Below are positions 38,498 to 52,143 of a stretch of DNA of 64,000 nucleotides, one piece after another. Position 1 is the stretch's first letter, and the number at the start of each line of letters is the position of its first letter. The stretch lies in assembly GCF_035594765.1 (NCBI RefSeq), contig NW_026943821.1, positions 17,825,608 to 17,889,607 of the forward strand. Direction: 5' to 3'. A program made the position numbers and the translations under genes. The stretch comes from Anolis carolinensis. Its lineage: Eukaryota. Under the pieces are notes generated by a model. That model did no database searches. It was given only the letters and a program-made list of their open reading frames with translations, and was not told the origin of the DNA.

Positions 38498-40181
38498 TGA
38501 TGATGATGATGATTATTCATAGACTATGAAGTAATTTGAGGCTGCTTCCTAAGGTAGCAGATTTTTGATTTCATTAAATGAGAGTAAATGATTATTAACT
38601 TTGTTATTTGTACATTTTTACTGTTGCACAGGAGAGTTTTGCATGGAATTTCTGTATCATGGGTCAAAATGATTGGGCTTTGGATACTATGCAGCTTAAT
38701 TTAGGTGGTCAGTGGGAACTCAACAGTAATAGATTTTAGGCCGGTTGTGACAGGCAATAATTTGGTTAGCAGATGGCCCTGAGATTTAAATGTTCTGCCT
38801 GAGGCCATAAGAATGTGCCCCCATTTCATGGCCAAAGTTTGAAATGTGGCAACTCAAGAGTTGTAATTTCACAACTTACTCTCATTTGATAATAAGGGAA
38901 AGGTTGGTCTATGGTAAGGCAAGGAACAGAAACAAGGTGAAACTTGCTCAGGCGTTGTGACTCACTCACCTGAGAGTCCACTCCCTCCTCTCTTGCAGTT
39001 CCTCTTGTCTTCCTGAATTTATCATTGGGAAATTAGTTAAATGCAGCTGCGTGAATATGCTTGACTTATTGGGATTTCCCATCGCTTTTTGTGGGCATAG
39101 TTTACTTTGTTCCTGTCTTACCACAGAGGTAAGATATGTTAATGTTCTCCTCACTGGGTCATTCCGAGGAAGTCTCTTTAAAGGCATCCAAGCTGACAGA
39201 GAAGCAAGTCTTCCAAAAAGTAGGTAGAGCATGAAACGAAATTAGTCTCTATTTTTACATCTTTATTTGTAGGACTAACCTATGGACCTATGGCCCTGAA
39301 ATATGCTGTACAGTCTCATCTATTCTTGAATACGAACCATGTTAACCTATTGGATTAATGATCTTTGTCTCCCAACTTTAAGTTGTTGTGATTGTCATTG
39401 ATTGTTATTTGTAGTGTAAAGGTTTTATTTTTTGTTATAATGTGTTTTTATACAGTTTATGTACTGTATGTTGATGTATTTTATTGGAAACCACCCTGAG
39501 TTTCTTCGGGGAGATAGGGCAGTATATAAATATAAAGTTTTATTATATGATTATATATGATTATATAATTTATTATATTATCAGATATTATTATAACCTG
39601 TGGATCATTGAAATGTTTTAAGTTTTGTCAATTATGTTGTGTCGTTGTTTCGGGCTTGTCCCTGTTGTGAGCCACCCCGAGTCCCTTCAGGGAGATGGGG
39701 CGGGATATAAAAATAAAGTTATTAAAAGTTATTACCTGTAGAAAAGGACAAGAATAAGAGTTCAGTTTGTCTTATTGTGGCATGTGATGAGTTTGTGTTA
39801 CATGAATAAGTTGACCTTGCTCTAATGACATGTTGGAACTGGTAGTTGAACGAGGAGTGGGCTGAAATTAGAAGTCAATAACTCTTATAATCTAAGAAAT
39901 CTTCAATTTCTGATTCCACATATCTTTAGCCAAATCATTCAGCATCTCCTATCCAGGCAGACATGGGCTTTGACAACAGCTTATTTCTCTGGGCTGTCCT
40001 TTCTTAAGAGTGTAGGTGGCATATGTAATCCAGAGAAGTTTTTTCAAAGTAACTGCATCGTTATTCCTTCTGCAAATGTTGCTTTGTGACTTCACAGAGT
40101 TTTGAAAAGTGGCATTACATATTGTAGCTCAATTAATGAATCTATTACTGTGAAGTGATGCCGTAACTGATTTCAGTTAGA

Positions 40182-40497
40182 TCATAGAATCATAGAATAG
40201 TAGAGTTGGAAGAGACCTCATGGGCCATGCAGTCCAACCCCCTGCCAAGAAGCAGGAAATCGCATTCAAAGCACCCCCGACAGATGGCCATCCAGCCTCT
40301 GTTTAAAAGCCTCCAAAGAAGGAGCCTCCACCACACTCCGGGGCAGAGATTTCCTCTCACAGTGAGGAAGTTCTTCCTGATGTTCAGGTGGAATCTCCTT
40401 TCCTGTAGTTTGAAGCCATTGTTCCGTGTCCTAGTCTCCAGGGCAGCAGAAAACAAGCTTGCTCCCTCCTCCCTATGACTTCCCCTCACATATTTGT
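40182..40497 (-). mobile_element. CR1 LINE 3' end
   Basis: ORF2 C-terminus RTRNNGFKLQERRFHLNIRKNFLTVR, (catagaat)n tail. Confidence 0.88.
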
Positions 40498-40780
40498 ACA
40501 TGTGTACATTCCAGATTGTACATTCCAGATTGCTGGAATAACACTCCAGTTTGGACCAACAGGCAAGTTTCGTAACTGAACCAGGAAGGCTTAATGAATT
40601 AGGGTTTAGGGTTTAAATATCCTGTCTCTTCTGCTCCCCTCTCTGTTTAATATGGCTGCTGAATCAGCTGTGTCTGATCCCATTAATAACACCACCATTG
40701 CGTTGCTGAATCAGGGAGGAACAACATTTTCAGTCTTGAGTTCCTGTGGTTTGTGTATGTATGTGTGTGTGTATATATAT

Positions 40781-41113
40781 AGGTAAAGGTAAAAATTTCT
40801 CCTGACGTTAAGTCCAGTCGTGTCCGACTCAGGGGCTTGGTGCTCATCTCCATTTCTAAGCCAAAGAGCCAGTGTTGTCCGTAGACACCTCCAAGGTCAT
40901 ATGGCCATGGGCATGACTGCATGGAACGCTGTTACCTCCCCGCCGAAGCAGTACCTATTGATCTACTCACATTTGCATGTTGTCGAACTGCTAGGCTGGC
41001 AGAAGCTGGAGCTAACCGCGGGCGCTCACTCCGCTCCCCGGATTCGAACCTGCGATTTTTTGGTCCGCAAGTTCAGCAGCTCAGCGCTTTAACACACTGT
41101 GCCATCAGGGGCT
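40781..41113 (-). mobile_element. Sauria SINE
   Basis: Similarity to the other copies. Confidence 0.88.
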
Positions 41114-41123
41114 GATATATATA

Positions 41124-43084
41124 CTAGCTGTGCCCGGCCACGCGTTGCTGTGGCAAAGTCTGGTGGTATGGGAGATAAAGTATTGGGGAATTGGTGGTAG
41201 TTAAGGTAAAGGTAAAGGTTTTCCCCTGACATTAAGCCCAGTCATGTATGATTCTGAGGGTTGGTGCTCATCTCCATTTCTAAGCCGAAGAGCCAGCGTT
41301 GTCCGTAGACTCCTCCAAGGTCATGTGGGATGACTGCATGGAGCGGCGTTACCTTCCCGCAGGAGCAGTACCTATTGATGCACTCACATTTGCATGTTTT
41401 TGAACTTCTGGGTTGGCAGAAGCTGGGGCTAACAGTGGGGGCTCTCTCCGCTCCACCAATTCAAACCTGCGGCCTTCCGGTCCAGAAGTTCAGCAGCTCA
41501 GCGCTTTAACACACTGCACCATCAGGGGATATTATTTCCTAAAGGTTGTGAATATACAATATTTCGGATTGGTTTTTTTGTCTGTTGGAGGCAAAATGAT
41601 TAGGATGTAATGGCCTTGCAGCTTTAAAGCCTGGCTGTTTCCTCCCTGAGTGAATTTTTTGTTGGGAGGTGTTAGCTGGCCCTGATTGTTTCCTGTTTGG
41701 AATTCCCTTGTTTTCAGAGTGGTGTTGTTTGCGATATTTTATGTGCTTCTACTGTCTGTGGCCCTGAGAAAACAGGATTTGCCAGACTTTGATGATGGGA
41801 ATACTTTGTTGGGAGGTGTTAGCTGGCCCTGATTGTTTCCTGTGTGGAATTCCCCTGTTTATTTACTGTCCTGGTTTTAGAGATTATATTGTTCTGCATT
41901 ATTCTATCCCAGTAATTATTTCATATTAAAGTAGAATCTCACTTATCCAAGATTCGCTTATACAATGTTCTGGATTATCCAACGCAGTCTGCCTTTTCAT
42001 AATCAATGTTTTTGTAGTCAGTGTTTTAAATTCATTGTGATATTTTTGTGGTAAATTTGTAAATACAGTACAGTAGAGTCTCACTTATCCAACATAAACG
42101 GGCCGGCAGAACATTGGATAAGTGAATATGTTGGATAATAAGGAGGGATTAAGGATAAGCCTATTAAACATCAAATTAAGTTATAATTTTACAAATTAAG
42201 CACCAAAACATCATGTTAGACAACACATTTGGCAGAAAAAGTAGTTCAATCCACAGTAATGCTATGTAGTAATTACTGTATTTATGAATTTAGCACCAAA
42301 ATATTAATGAAAGCATTGACTACAAAAATGCGTTAGATAATCCAGATCGTTGGATAAGCGAGTGTTGGATAAGTGAGACTCTACTGTAATTACTACATAG
42401 CATTACTGCGCATGGAACTACTTTTTCTGTCAAATTTGTTGTATAATATGATGTTTTGGTGCTTAATTTGTTTAATTGGCTTTTCCTGAATCCCTTCTTA
42501 TCATCCAACATATTCACTTATCCTGCCGGCCTGTTTATGTTGGATAAGTGAGAGTCTACTGTATATTGATAACCTTATATTATCTGCTTAGAAGTGGATT
42601 ATATGAGGCCCCGTCTTCACAGCTGTATAAAATGCACACTGAAGTGGATTATATGGCAGTGTGGAGTCAGGATAATCCAGTGCAAAGCAGATAATATAAG
42701 ATTCTAAATGGGTTATATAGCTGTGTGGAAGGGCCTTGAGTCTACACTGCCATATAATCCAGTGCAAATTAGATAATCTGTGGAAGAAGCCTAAATTAGG
42801 CCTAAATCTGCCTGTCCCCTAACTGAACCCTGGCTGTCCCTTTGCTGACAGGCTGATTGCTAGGCGACCAAGTGGGCAGAGATTAGCCCTCTAAACTGGC
42901 AGCAATTGGATAAAAAACAATTATTGCTCTCCCTCTAATTAAGACTTTATTTTTCTTTTCTTTTTGTTGTATCAACCTTGAGGCATGGATGATGGGTTGT
43001 GTTGTCAAATTTTGAGGTTGGGGGGCCTGTACTTTTGTTGTTTTGTGAATTGCCGTGATGCCATCACTCTTTTATATATATAGA
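41124..43084 (-). mobile_element. Non-autonomous composite Helitron (1961 bp)
   Basis: Minus strand A|TCTATATAT...GC-rich subterminal hairpin...CTAG|T, no TSD; both ends shared with 44226-44712. Confidence 0.85.
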
Positions 43085-43459
43085 TTAGAGTCTCACTTAT
43101 CCAACACTCGCTTATCCAACGTTCTGGATTGTCCAATGCATTTTTGTAGTCATTGTTTTCAATGCGTTGTGATATTTTGATGGTAAATTTGTAAATACAG
43201 TATTACTATATAGCATTAATGTGTAATGAACTACTTTTTCTGTCAAATTTGTTGTATAACATGATGTTTTGGGCACTTAATTTGTAAAATCATAACCTAT
43301 TTTGATGTTTAATAGGCTTTTTCTTAATCTCTCCTTATTATCCAACATATTCGCTTATCCAATGTTCTGCCGGCCTGTTTATGTTGGATAAGTAAGACTC
43401 TACTGGATATATGTGTGTGTATGTGTATATATACATATATATATATATATTCAAACATT

Positions 43460-45330
43460 TTATTATGGTCCAAAGACCATCGTTGCACCATAGGTGTACA
43501 CGGTATGCAGAATAATGCAATTAACAACAGACAAATGGGTAAAATTTACAACAGTTAAAAACTGCTTAAAAACATGTTGGCTAAAAACATAGGTAAAAGG
43601 CACAATACACCTTGCTTTGGAAAAAAGGCAACCATATTTATCCACCATCAAGTTTTTTAGATAGTTTGCTGCATGGAAAGGACCAACATAATGTATAGAC
43701 AGGGCACTAGGGGAGCAGGATACATAAGAACGAGAGCGCAGCTTGCAAAAGGCAATGCCCCACAGTCTTTGAGAGCCATGTCAAAACCCAGATGAGTTAG
43801 GAGGGATGCGGAAAGCCCAATGTAGGAGGCTTTCTTAGAATGGATCTTAAACCAACTGTTAATGTATTCATTCTGAGCTGAGTGACGAATCAAACCAGAT
43901 CCTAAACTAAAAACTCTGATCTTGAGCCAATATTTACGTGCCCACCACCAGGCTCTTATTGACAGAGGTGCTTCCCCAAGTTCAAGTAATAAGACACAGG
44001 ATTGTACACATCTGAGGAGCTGGAAAAGAGCCCTCAAAAGCTGTGTTTGCTGTTGATCTATTTTTGGTGTTATTTCTATCTCTAATGCACACACCAGTGG
44101 GTATGCATGAACATGCTTAGCTTCATAAATCTTATTCTTATCAGTTTGGATATTTTCTCTTTGACACACAAGCATCCCTAATGCAGCAAGCTCAAGGCAT
44201 ACAAAGTTCAGGTCAGTTCTAGGCATCTATATATATAAAAGGGTAATGAAATTTCGGCCTAGGACAAAACAACAAAACTACACATCCCAGAAACACTAAA
44301 CTTGGCAGCACAACCCCTCATCCATGCCTCTACGTTCATACAACAAAAAGAAAAGAAAAATAAAGTCCTAATTAGAGGGAGAGGAATAATTGTTTTTATT
44401 CCAATTGCTGCCAGTTAGTAAGCTCCGCCCACTTGGTCTCCTAGCAACCCACTCAGCCCAGGGGACAGGCATAGTTAGGCCTCACTTAGGCCTCTTCCAC
44501 ACTGCCTATAAAATACAGATTATCTGATTTGAACTGGATTATATGGCAGTGTAGACTCAAGGCTCTTCCACGCATCTATATAACCCATTTATAATGGACT
44601 TAATGTCAGGGGAAAACTTTTACCCTTTACCTTAACTACCACCAACTCCTCAATATTTTATTTCCCATACCACCAGACTTTGCCACAGCAACGCGTGGCC
44701 GGGCACAGCTAGTGTCTAACTAAAAAAGTAAGCCGTAAAGCCGAATTCAACTCTACTAGCATTAAATTATACAACATAAAATCTTTACCAACAGTTGGCC
44801 CTTTGAGGGTGAGAACTCTTTCAGACCATTCAGGACACACAATTTATTACCAAAAGCATAGGAGACCGCCCACAGGAACGCCCATTTGTCCACGTCACAC
44901 GTGTTTTTAATCACTTTCTCTCATTTCCAGGCACATTGGGAGCTCCAAAGATGGTTTCTCCCCATCTCTCTGCCCCCAGCCTCCATTTCTTTACACTTCT
45001 ACTACATTTTAGGGACGAAGCACAACAGATGACAACCAGAAATAGTTTTATGTCATGTGAAGGGGCCCGTGGCACTTTGTTCCTGAAGTGTCTAAGAAGT
45101 GTGTGGACATGGGGGAAGACTTGCATCTGATGAGGTCCTTAACAAGGCAGCTTTTTGCACAATTAAATTTCAGACATGAGATCGGCAGAAATAGTGTGAG
45201 AGTGGCAATAACTGTGCTGCTTGGATAGAGCCTCCTTAGCCTTTTTTGGGCAGAAAATGAATCAAATGAGTGATGTGCATTCCAGTGATGGGGAGTAGTC
45301 ACGCTCATTCTACCAATGAAAGGCAAATTG
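43460..45330 (-). mobile_element. Degenerate RTE-X-like LINE remnant interrupted by a Helitron
   Basis: ORF 43657-44226 has LLRALFQL.RCV...LLLELG..PL..RAW...KYWLKI (post-RT region); 3' stem ggtctttggacc plus AATAAA; 5' limit approximate. Confidence 0.55.
44226..44712 (+). mobile_element. Non-autonomous Helitron, internal-deletion derivative (487 bp)
   Basis: A|TCTATATATATAAAA...gcaacgcgtggccgggcacagCTAG|T. Confidence 0.88.
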
Positions 45331-46761
45331 GAAGGCGTGAAATTGTTAGCTCTTTTATTTAGATTAAGATTTTATTAAGATTTATTTAGATTAAGATTGT
45401 ATAGGCTCACTCCCAGCTGTTCAGAAGCGATTCTGGCTTTTATCTTGCTTTTTAAAAACTTTTAAAACTGTGTGTCATTTTTAAACTTAGGTTTATGTTT
45501 TATTTAGATTGAGATTGTAATAGACTCACTCCCAGAAGTGAATCTGGCTCTTCTCTTGCTTTTTTACTTTGTGGAAGTAAATGAGAGCCATGAGAGTTTG
45601 GCTATATGTAAGCAAACCGAGCAGTCGTCTGCATACATTGAGTATGGGCACCAAGTGTACAAAGAAGAAATGAAGCTTGTTGTGATTTCTGTCTTGCTTG
45701 CCAGCCAGGGAATAAGCTGGTTAGTTTAGAAAGAAAAAGCAACAAGCAACTGATCCACAGCAGCAGCAGCCAGCCAGCCGGGATTTAGAAACTGTGGCTG
45801 AGTTCATGTCATCATCCTTCTATGAGGTAAGGTGAAAAAAGTGATAAAGTAGGTCAGATCAGATCATGTTCTTGTGCAGCGCTCCTTCATACCATTTGGC
45901 CAACTCTGCCAGAGCTTTGATGAGAGATCATGTCTCATAGGAATTAATTACAATTAATGGTGTGTGGTATTTATTTTCTATACAGAACCTGGCTCTTTTC
46001 CTAGGCTTTCCCCCTAAACAATAGATCTGTAGTTAGTGCTTGCCTATCCCTGTACTGTTTCTATTTCCTAGTTTTGACTTTGGCCTTAGTTAATTCTTTT
46101 TACAGTTTTTCCCTTTAACTAATAAAGTAGATGACCTATGGTTGTGTTTAGTTTATCTTGGCTTTTCAAAAGAATAGTAAAATTCTCAAGGCTTGAATCA
46201 GGACTGAGACTACAAAACAGGTTTAACCCATTCCCAAAAAATTCTTTTTTGAATCCTTGAATTCCCCAGTCAGCTGGTGGCATTGTGCAAGTAGTTTTTG
46301 TCATTGTTGTTGTTGCTCTGGTTGCTGCTTGTCCTCCTCCATCTCCTTCTCGTTTCATTTATATGCTGCTTTCACCACCCCAATCCCCAGCCAACATTGA
46401 GACTTATAGATTTAATACACAATATCGCTCAGAGCCCTGCACAAGTTCACCCCTGTATATATTGTACCTGTGCTCTGGTTTGTAAGTACTTGACATGTTT
46501 TTATATTGACTTATACTGTTATATGTTGTTCTATATTTATTGCTATTTTGTTTTTAATGTATTGTTTTACCTATGTCGATGTTGAGCTTGTCCCCATGTG
46601 AGCCGCCCTGAGTCCCTTTGGGGAGATGGAGACGGGATACAAAAATAAAGTTGTTGTTGTTATTATTATTATTTGAAACATGACAAGTCCACAGCAGACA
46701 CTTTGCTGGCTGTTGTATTGGATCACACGTTGGACACTTCCCGTGTCTAGGACTATGTGAT

Positions 46762-46821
<60 letters not shown>

Positions 46822-48857
46822 CAATAAAACACATCAAAGTAAAATTTGAAGTAATCAAACAATTAAATAAATAGAAAGGAATGCCATGCTCTCGCCTGTC
46901 TCCATGAAGCTTTGATGTATTTATCATGATCCCAGTTTCTTTTTGCACTTCCTTCCATCATAATTATACCTGCTTGCACCATCATTTTACATGAAGTAGT
47001 CCATGCTATTCCAACTGTATGACTTTTTCTCATGTGAACGAGACCTGTGATGCAATAACTGGGTGCCTAAATGAAACTGATGGGGTGAACAGGTTCATAG
47101 CAACCAAGAGGGAAATTGCAAAGACAAGGTCTCCTGATGAGTCACAAGCCAGTTCAACATGCACGTAGTAGATACGTCCTGAAAGCATCACTACGTTGTC
47201 AGGTTTTTGTCTGCATTGTTACACTTCCACAAATGTACATACAAATTGAGCTAAAGCTCATCATGGCCATTCCCATAAAGATAAACACTGGTTCAATCAA
47301 GTACTTTTAGATTCTGGACTTAATGGATTCTAGATAATACTTTGAAATATGGCATATCATCAGTTGGGTACTCTCTTAATAATTCTACTGGGTAGGACAG
47401 GCTGGGGAAAATGTGGCTGGTTTCCCACATGCATCTCCAGAACCATTTTTCTGTTCCCCTCGCCCCACAATGCCTTCAAAAATTTCAGGCAGTGGCACAC
47501 TGGTCAGGGCATCATGTTGTCCTTTAAAGATTAGACAATCATGTTCAAAATCTTAATGACATTTAGTAGCTTGAATATATAATAGAAGTTCCAGGATTAT
47601 TACTGTATGCAACTAAAATTTGCATTGAATTACTATTTTATTAGTAATTTTAACTAGGAACTGTAGTGGCGCAATGGGTTGAATTCTTGTGCCAGCTGAA
47701 CTGTTGACCTGAAGATCGGTGGTTCAATTCCGTGAGACGGGGTGAGCTCCCTTCTGTCAGCCACAGCTTCCCATGAGGGGACATGAAAAGCTTCCCATAG
47801 GATGGTAACACATCCGGGCATCCCCTGGGCAATATCCTTGTAGACAGCCAATTCTCTCACACCAGAAGCAACTTGCAGTATATTCTCAATTTGCTTCTGA
47901 CATGATAAAAAGTAATTGTAACTGTACCTTTCCCCACTTAAGATTTTTAAGAATAATTTCTTATAAAAATGAAATGATAGCCTTATAGTGGTCGTCTGAC
48001 AAACAATATTTTTAGACACAGTATGTTGCTGACTTCATTGCCTGATTTCTTCTTCGTTTCCTATCTGTTTGTGTTTTAAAACCCCTCCTAGAAAGGACAA
48101 AAAAATTGCAATAAACAATGCCATGTGAGACCTTTGGAAGCATTTTGAGGACTTTTTTTTTCTGAAGTCCTCTGGGAACCAATGCAGCCCACTTCAACCC
48201 ATGACAGCTGTCCAATCCTGTTTGAACGTCTGTCAAATTTATGCACAAATCATAAATTCCCAGAGAATGGTAAAATTACTGTTGGATGATGACACTTATT
48301 GGTCCCATACTGGCTGGTAGAGACTGGGTAGATGGCCATTTCATTGGTAGTTCCCAGTTCATAGAATAGCCCTGCTAAGAGAGATCCACTTGATAGAAAG
48401 CAGTCTTTAAACAATGTGGTATAGTGATTACTGTTTATTGTCATTCATTCACTATGACCTGGTGTCATGATTACTCATGCCATGCAACTATCAGCTTCCC
48501 AGTCCTGACATAAAGCACATGGCCAATGGCCGAAAGGGAGGACAGGATGCTTCAAGGACACATGAACCGGCCATAAAAGTCAATTGATCTGAGGTGCGAG
48601 AAAGTGGGTTCTGGTGTGTGGGAAAGGGCAGGCACCAGGCAACAGAGGTTTTGGGTGATTTATGACTTTGTAGCTAAGGCCCTATATAGATGGGGAGTAG
48701 TGCGAGACTCTTGTATCCCAAACAATAAAAACATATGGTATCTTCAGCCCCTGAAGTATCTTGGCGTATTCTTTCAAGAGAAGACTAAACCTATAGCAAA
48801 ACAGTTGGAGCAAAGAACCCTTACATTTGGTTTTATTATTATACATTTATAATAATG

Positions 48858-48903
<46 letters not shown>

Positions 48904-49076
48904 CTTTATTTTTATATCCCGCTCCCATCTCCCCAGAGGGGACTCGGGGCGGCTCACATGGGGACAAGCCCAGTTTCAACATACAACAAAATACAGCATA
49001 ATTAAACCAACGAAAAACAAGTAAAATAGTATAAACATACAAACCAGCATAAAACATCAACATCAGAACATTAGAT

Positions 49077-49229
49077 CATTAGTCATTTTTATATTCACTT
49101 TTTTAAATCTTTTTTTTCTTTCCTGTCTTTTCTTGACCTTTTCTCTCCTTTTCTTTTTTGCCCGATTAGGGGTTTTTGCTTTTTATTATTCTGTTAAAAC
49201 TAATAAAGATTATTTTATAAAAAAACAAC
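49077..49229 (+). mobile_element. Short retroposed 3' tail (L1-like)
   Basis: T-rich body, AATAAA, A-tail, 17-bp TSD acatcagaacattagat. Confidence 0.7.
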
Positions 49230-51912
49230 ACATCAGAACATTAGATTCTGAACATAATATACAAACTGTAAGATAAAATTCAGCAGACTCTACAAGAGGG
49301 ATTTAAGGATCTCATTACAGAGTTCAATCAATAAGAGTGGAGTGTGATAAAGTGCAGTAGTTGTGGCAACTAATAACTGATATGTATAATTATATGTATA
49401 ATATAAAACTAATTATATATATAATAAAACACATGGTGTACTATATTTTATTACAATAAAATGTGTATTTATTATTTATGTTTTATTATATGTATACACA
49501 TATATATTATATTATATATTATATTATATATTTTATTATATATACAGTAGGGTCTCACTTATCCAAGCTTCACTTATCCAAGGTTCTGTATTATCCAAGG
49601 CAGTCTGCTTTTTAGTAGTCATTGTTTTTGTAGTAAATGTTGCAATGTTTTGGTGCTAAATTCGTAAATACAGTAATTACTGCATAACATTACTGTGTAT
49701 TGAACTGCTTTTTCTGTCAGTTTCTTGTAAAACATGATGTTTTGGTGCTTAATTTGTAAAATCATAATGTAATTTTATGTTTAATAGGCTTTTTTTCTTA
49801 ATCCCTCCTTATTATCCAAGATTTTTGCTTAGCCAATGTTCTGCCAGCCCGTTTAGCTTGGATAAGTGAGACTCTACTGTATGTTTTATTATATATGCGG
49901 TTTTATTATATGTGTATTATAACTGTGGATCATGGTGAATAATCCACAGTCTCAACACCAAGTATTGTTGTGGCCAGACTGAGAGGGATTGGGGAGAAGT
50001 CACTGATTACCTTGTAATTTCTCCCTTCTTGTATCTCCCTCCCTATTCAAATCAATGGAAGCTGATACATTTAATTATATCAGCTTCAGATCCTTGAGTA
50101 TGTGGGTAGACCAAGAAACATTTTGGATCTAGTAGATCCATGACTGCTCCCAACATCAGTATCTGATAAGTGCTTTAGCACAGCATTCTCTTACCTGTTG
50201 CCCTTCCATTGTATTAAATGAGAACTTTCCATTCCCCCTCATACTTTTTAACAGCTCCATTTTTCCAAGGGAGTTCTAGTGCAATTCATCTGATTTCTGA
50301 ATTACTCTTCTTTCTAAAGGAAATTCCTGAATTGATTAAGCAAAAGCATAAGAACTTTGCTGGAAAAAAGGGTTCTGAAAATTCTGATTATTTCATTAAG
50401 ATCCTTTCAGTCGATAATGGGACTCAAGGCGGCTAACAAGATATTAAAAAATACACAAATCAGATACTATATTAAAAACTATTAAATAAACAATTTGTAA
50501 ATCAAAACACTAAAATGTGTTAAAATAACATCCCTTAATAATGTTCAGCACAGCACCCACACAGCATTAACAATAAATGGTTTGAGATTTAACCCAAGGC
50601 AAGGTTCCTAACAGAGATCAAGCTCCATGTAAACCCACCCAGGAAAGGTGTTAACTACCAGGGGTTGGGTCCAACACTAGCTCAGCTGAAGACTGGTGCT
50701 TTGTGACTATGTAAATTTTGCTTTCTTGGAAGGAAATCACTAAGCATCAATAAATTTATGACTGTGACAGCAACACAGGCTTTAAAAAAAAAGCTTTTAC
50801 TAGCACAGCAGGCTGAGGCTCAGTAAGTAATTTATGGAGTAATCTTGCTTATTAATGCAGGTTAGCAATAGCACATCCATGGCTTTTTTTTGCCCTTAGT
50901 TTTTAACCTTTTACTCACTTTTACATTTCCTTGGCGACAATGATGACACACCCTGTTTCCTCATTTCCACCCACTGCATAGGGGATCCCAGCTGAGTCCT
51001 TCTCAGTTCTTGTCTGTGGGGGAACTCAGCAAGCAGCAAAGAGCCTCCAGCTACAGGTCTGTGGAGATAACCCTTGCAAAACTTTCCCAAACGTGGACTT
51101 AGCAGAGAATATCCAGCTTTTAAAGATTCTGGTAAGTGGATAGAAGCTGTTCTTATGGATGCCGCTTCTCTGATGTTTTCCTCAACCCAGCGTTCTCCAG
51201 ATATCATGGTCTACAACCCCTATCACCCCCAGGAGGATGATTGTAACCCATCATATCTGGAAAGACTGTCTTATGGTATTGGACGAGGATGAATTTTACA
51301 ATCGGAGCATCTTTGCCAGAAAGTTCAAAGAGCTTGTTTGATTCTACTATTTGTTGTGTTGCTAGCCAGGGCTTTAGTGTGGAGAGCTCCACCCTGTAAA
51401 GCCAAGTGGTTTATAATATATCTTGAAAAGAAAAAACAACGGTGCCAATTCTATGTTTTGTGGTGAGCTTGGGCAAAAATTCTCCCCTCTCTTTGATTGG
51501 CCCCCTTCTCCATGCCACCTAGAGATTTTGTTATTTGTACAGTTACATTTCTATCCCATTTTTTTCTCCAAAAAAATCAAGGCAACATAACATGTAATGC
51601 TGTCCTTTCCATCCTCTCCCTTTATTCTCACCACAACAACCCTCTGAAGCAGGTTAGTCTTAACGTAGTCCCATGTATTTCATGGCTCAGTGCAGATTAG
51701 AATTTGGACCATCCTGTACCTACTACAACCTGTAAGCACTGTACCACTGGCTCTCCAATGAAGTGATAAAGTGAAGTCTGAAGTGATAAAGTGTGTAGCG
51801 AGTGGAAGGAGCTGTTCCTTCCTTTGTGCTCCGTTCGCTGCTTACTTGTTCATTCACTAGATGTCAGGCAAGGGATCAAGAAACTACAGACTTTAGCAAC
51901 GAATGTGAGGTG

Positions 51913-52143
51913 TGTTGTCGAAGGCTTTCATGGCTGGGATGACAGGGTTGTTGTATGTCTTTTGGGCTGTGTGGCCATGTTCCAGAAGTATTCTCTCCTG
52001 ATGTTTCGCCCACATCTATGGCAGGCATCCTCAGAGGTTGTGAGGCACAACCTCTGAGGATGCCTGCCATAGATGTGGGCGAAACGTCAGGAGAGAATAC
52101 TTCTGGAACATGGCCACACAGCCCAAAAGACATACAACAACCT
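51913..52143. mobile_element. Palindromic Penelope pseudo-LTR insertion
   Basis: 12-bp TSD gaatgtgaggtg (51901-51912 and 52144-52155); 97-bp inverted arms. Confidence 0.9.
52051..52091 (+). ncRNA. Minimal type-I hammerhead ribozyme motif (Penelope-associated)
   Basis: CCU-CUGAGGA-U-GCCUGC/GUGGGC(helix II)-GAAA-CG-UC^AGG; intact core and palindromic ACGU helix III. Confidence 0.7.

Noticed and set aside
43657-44226. 189-aa minus-strand ORF as a host gene
   Set aside because: Resembles the post-RT region of a degenerate LINE and is cut by a Helitron.
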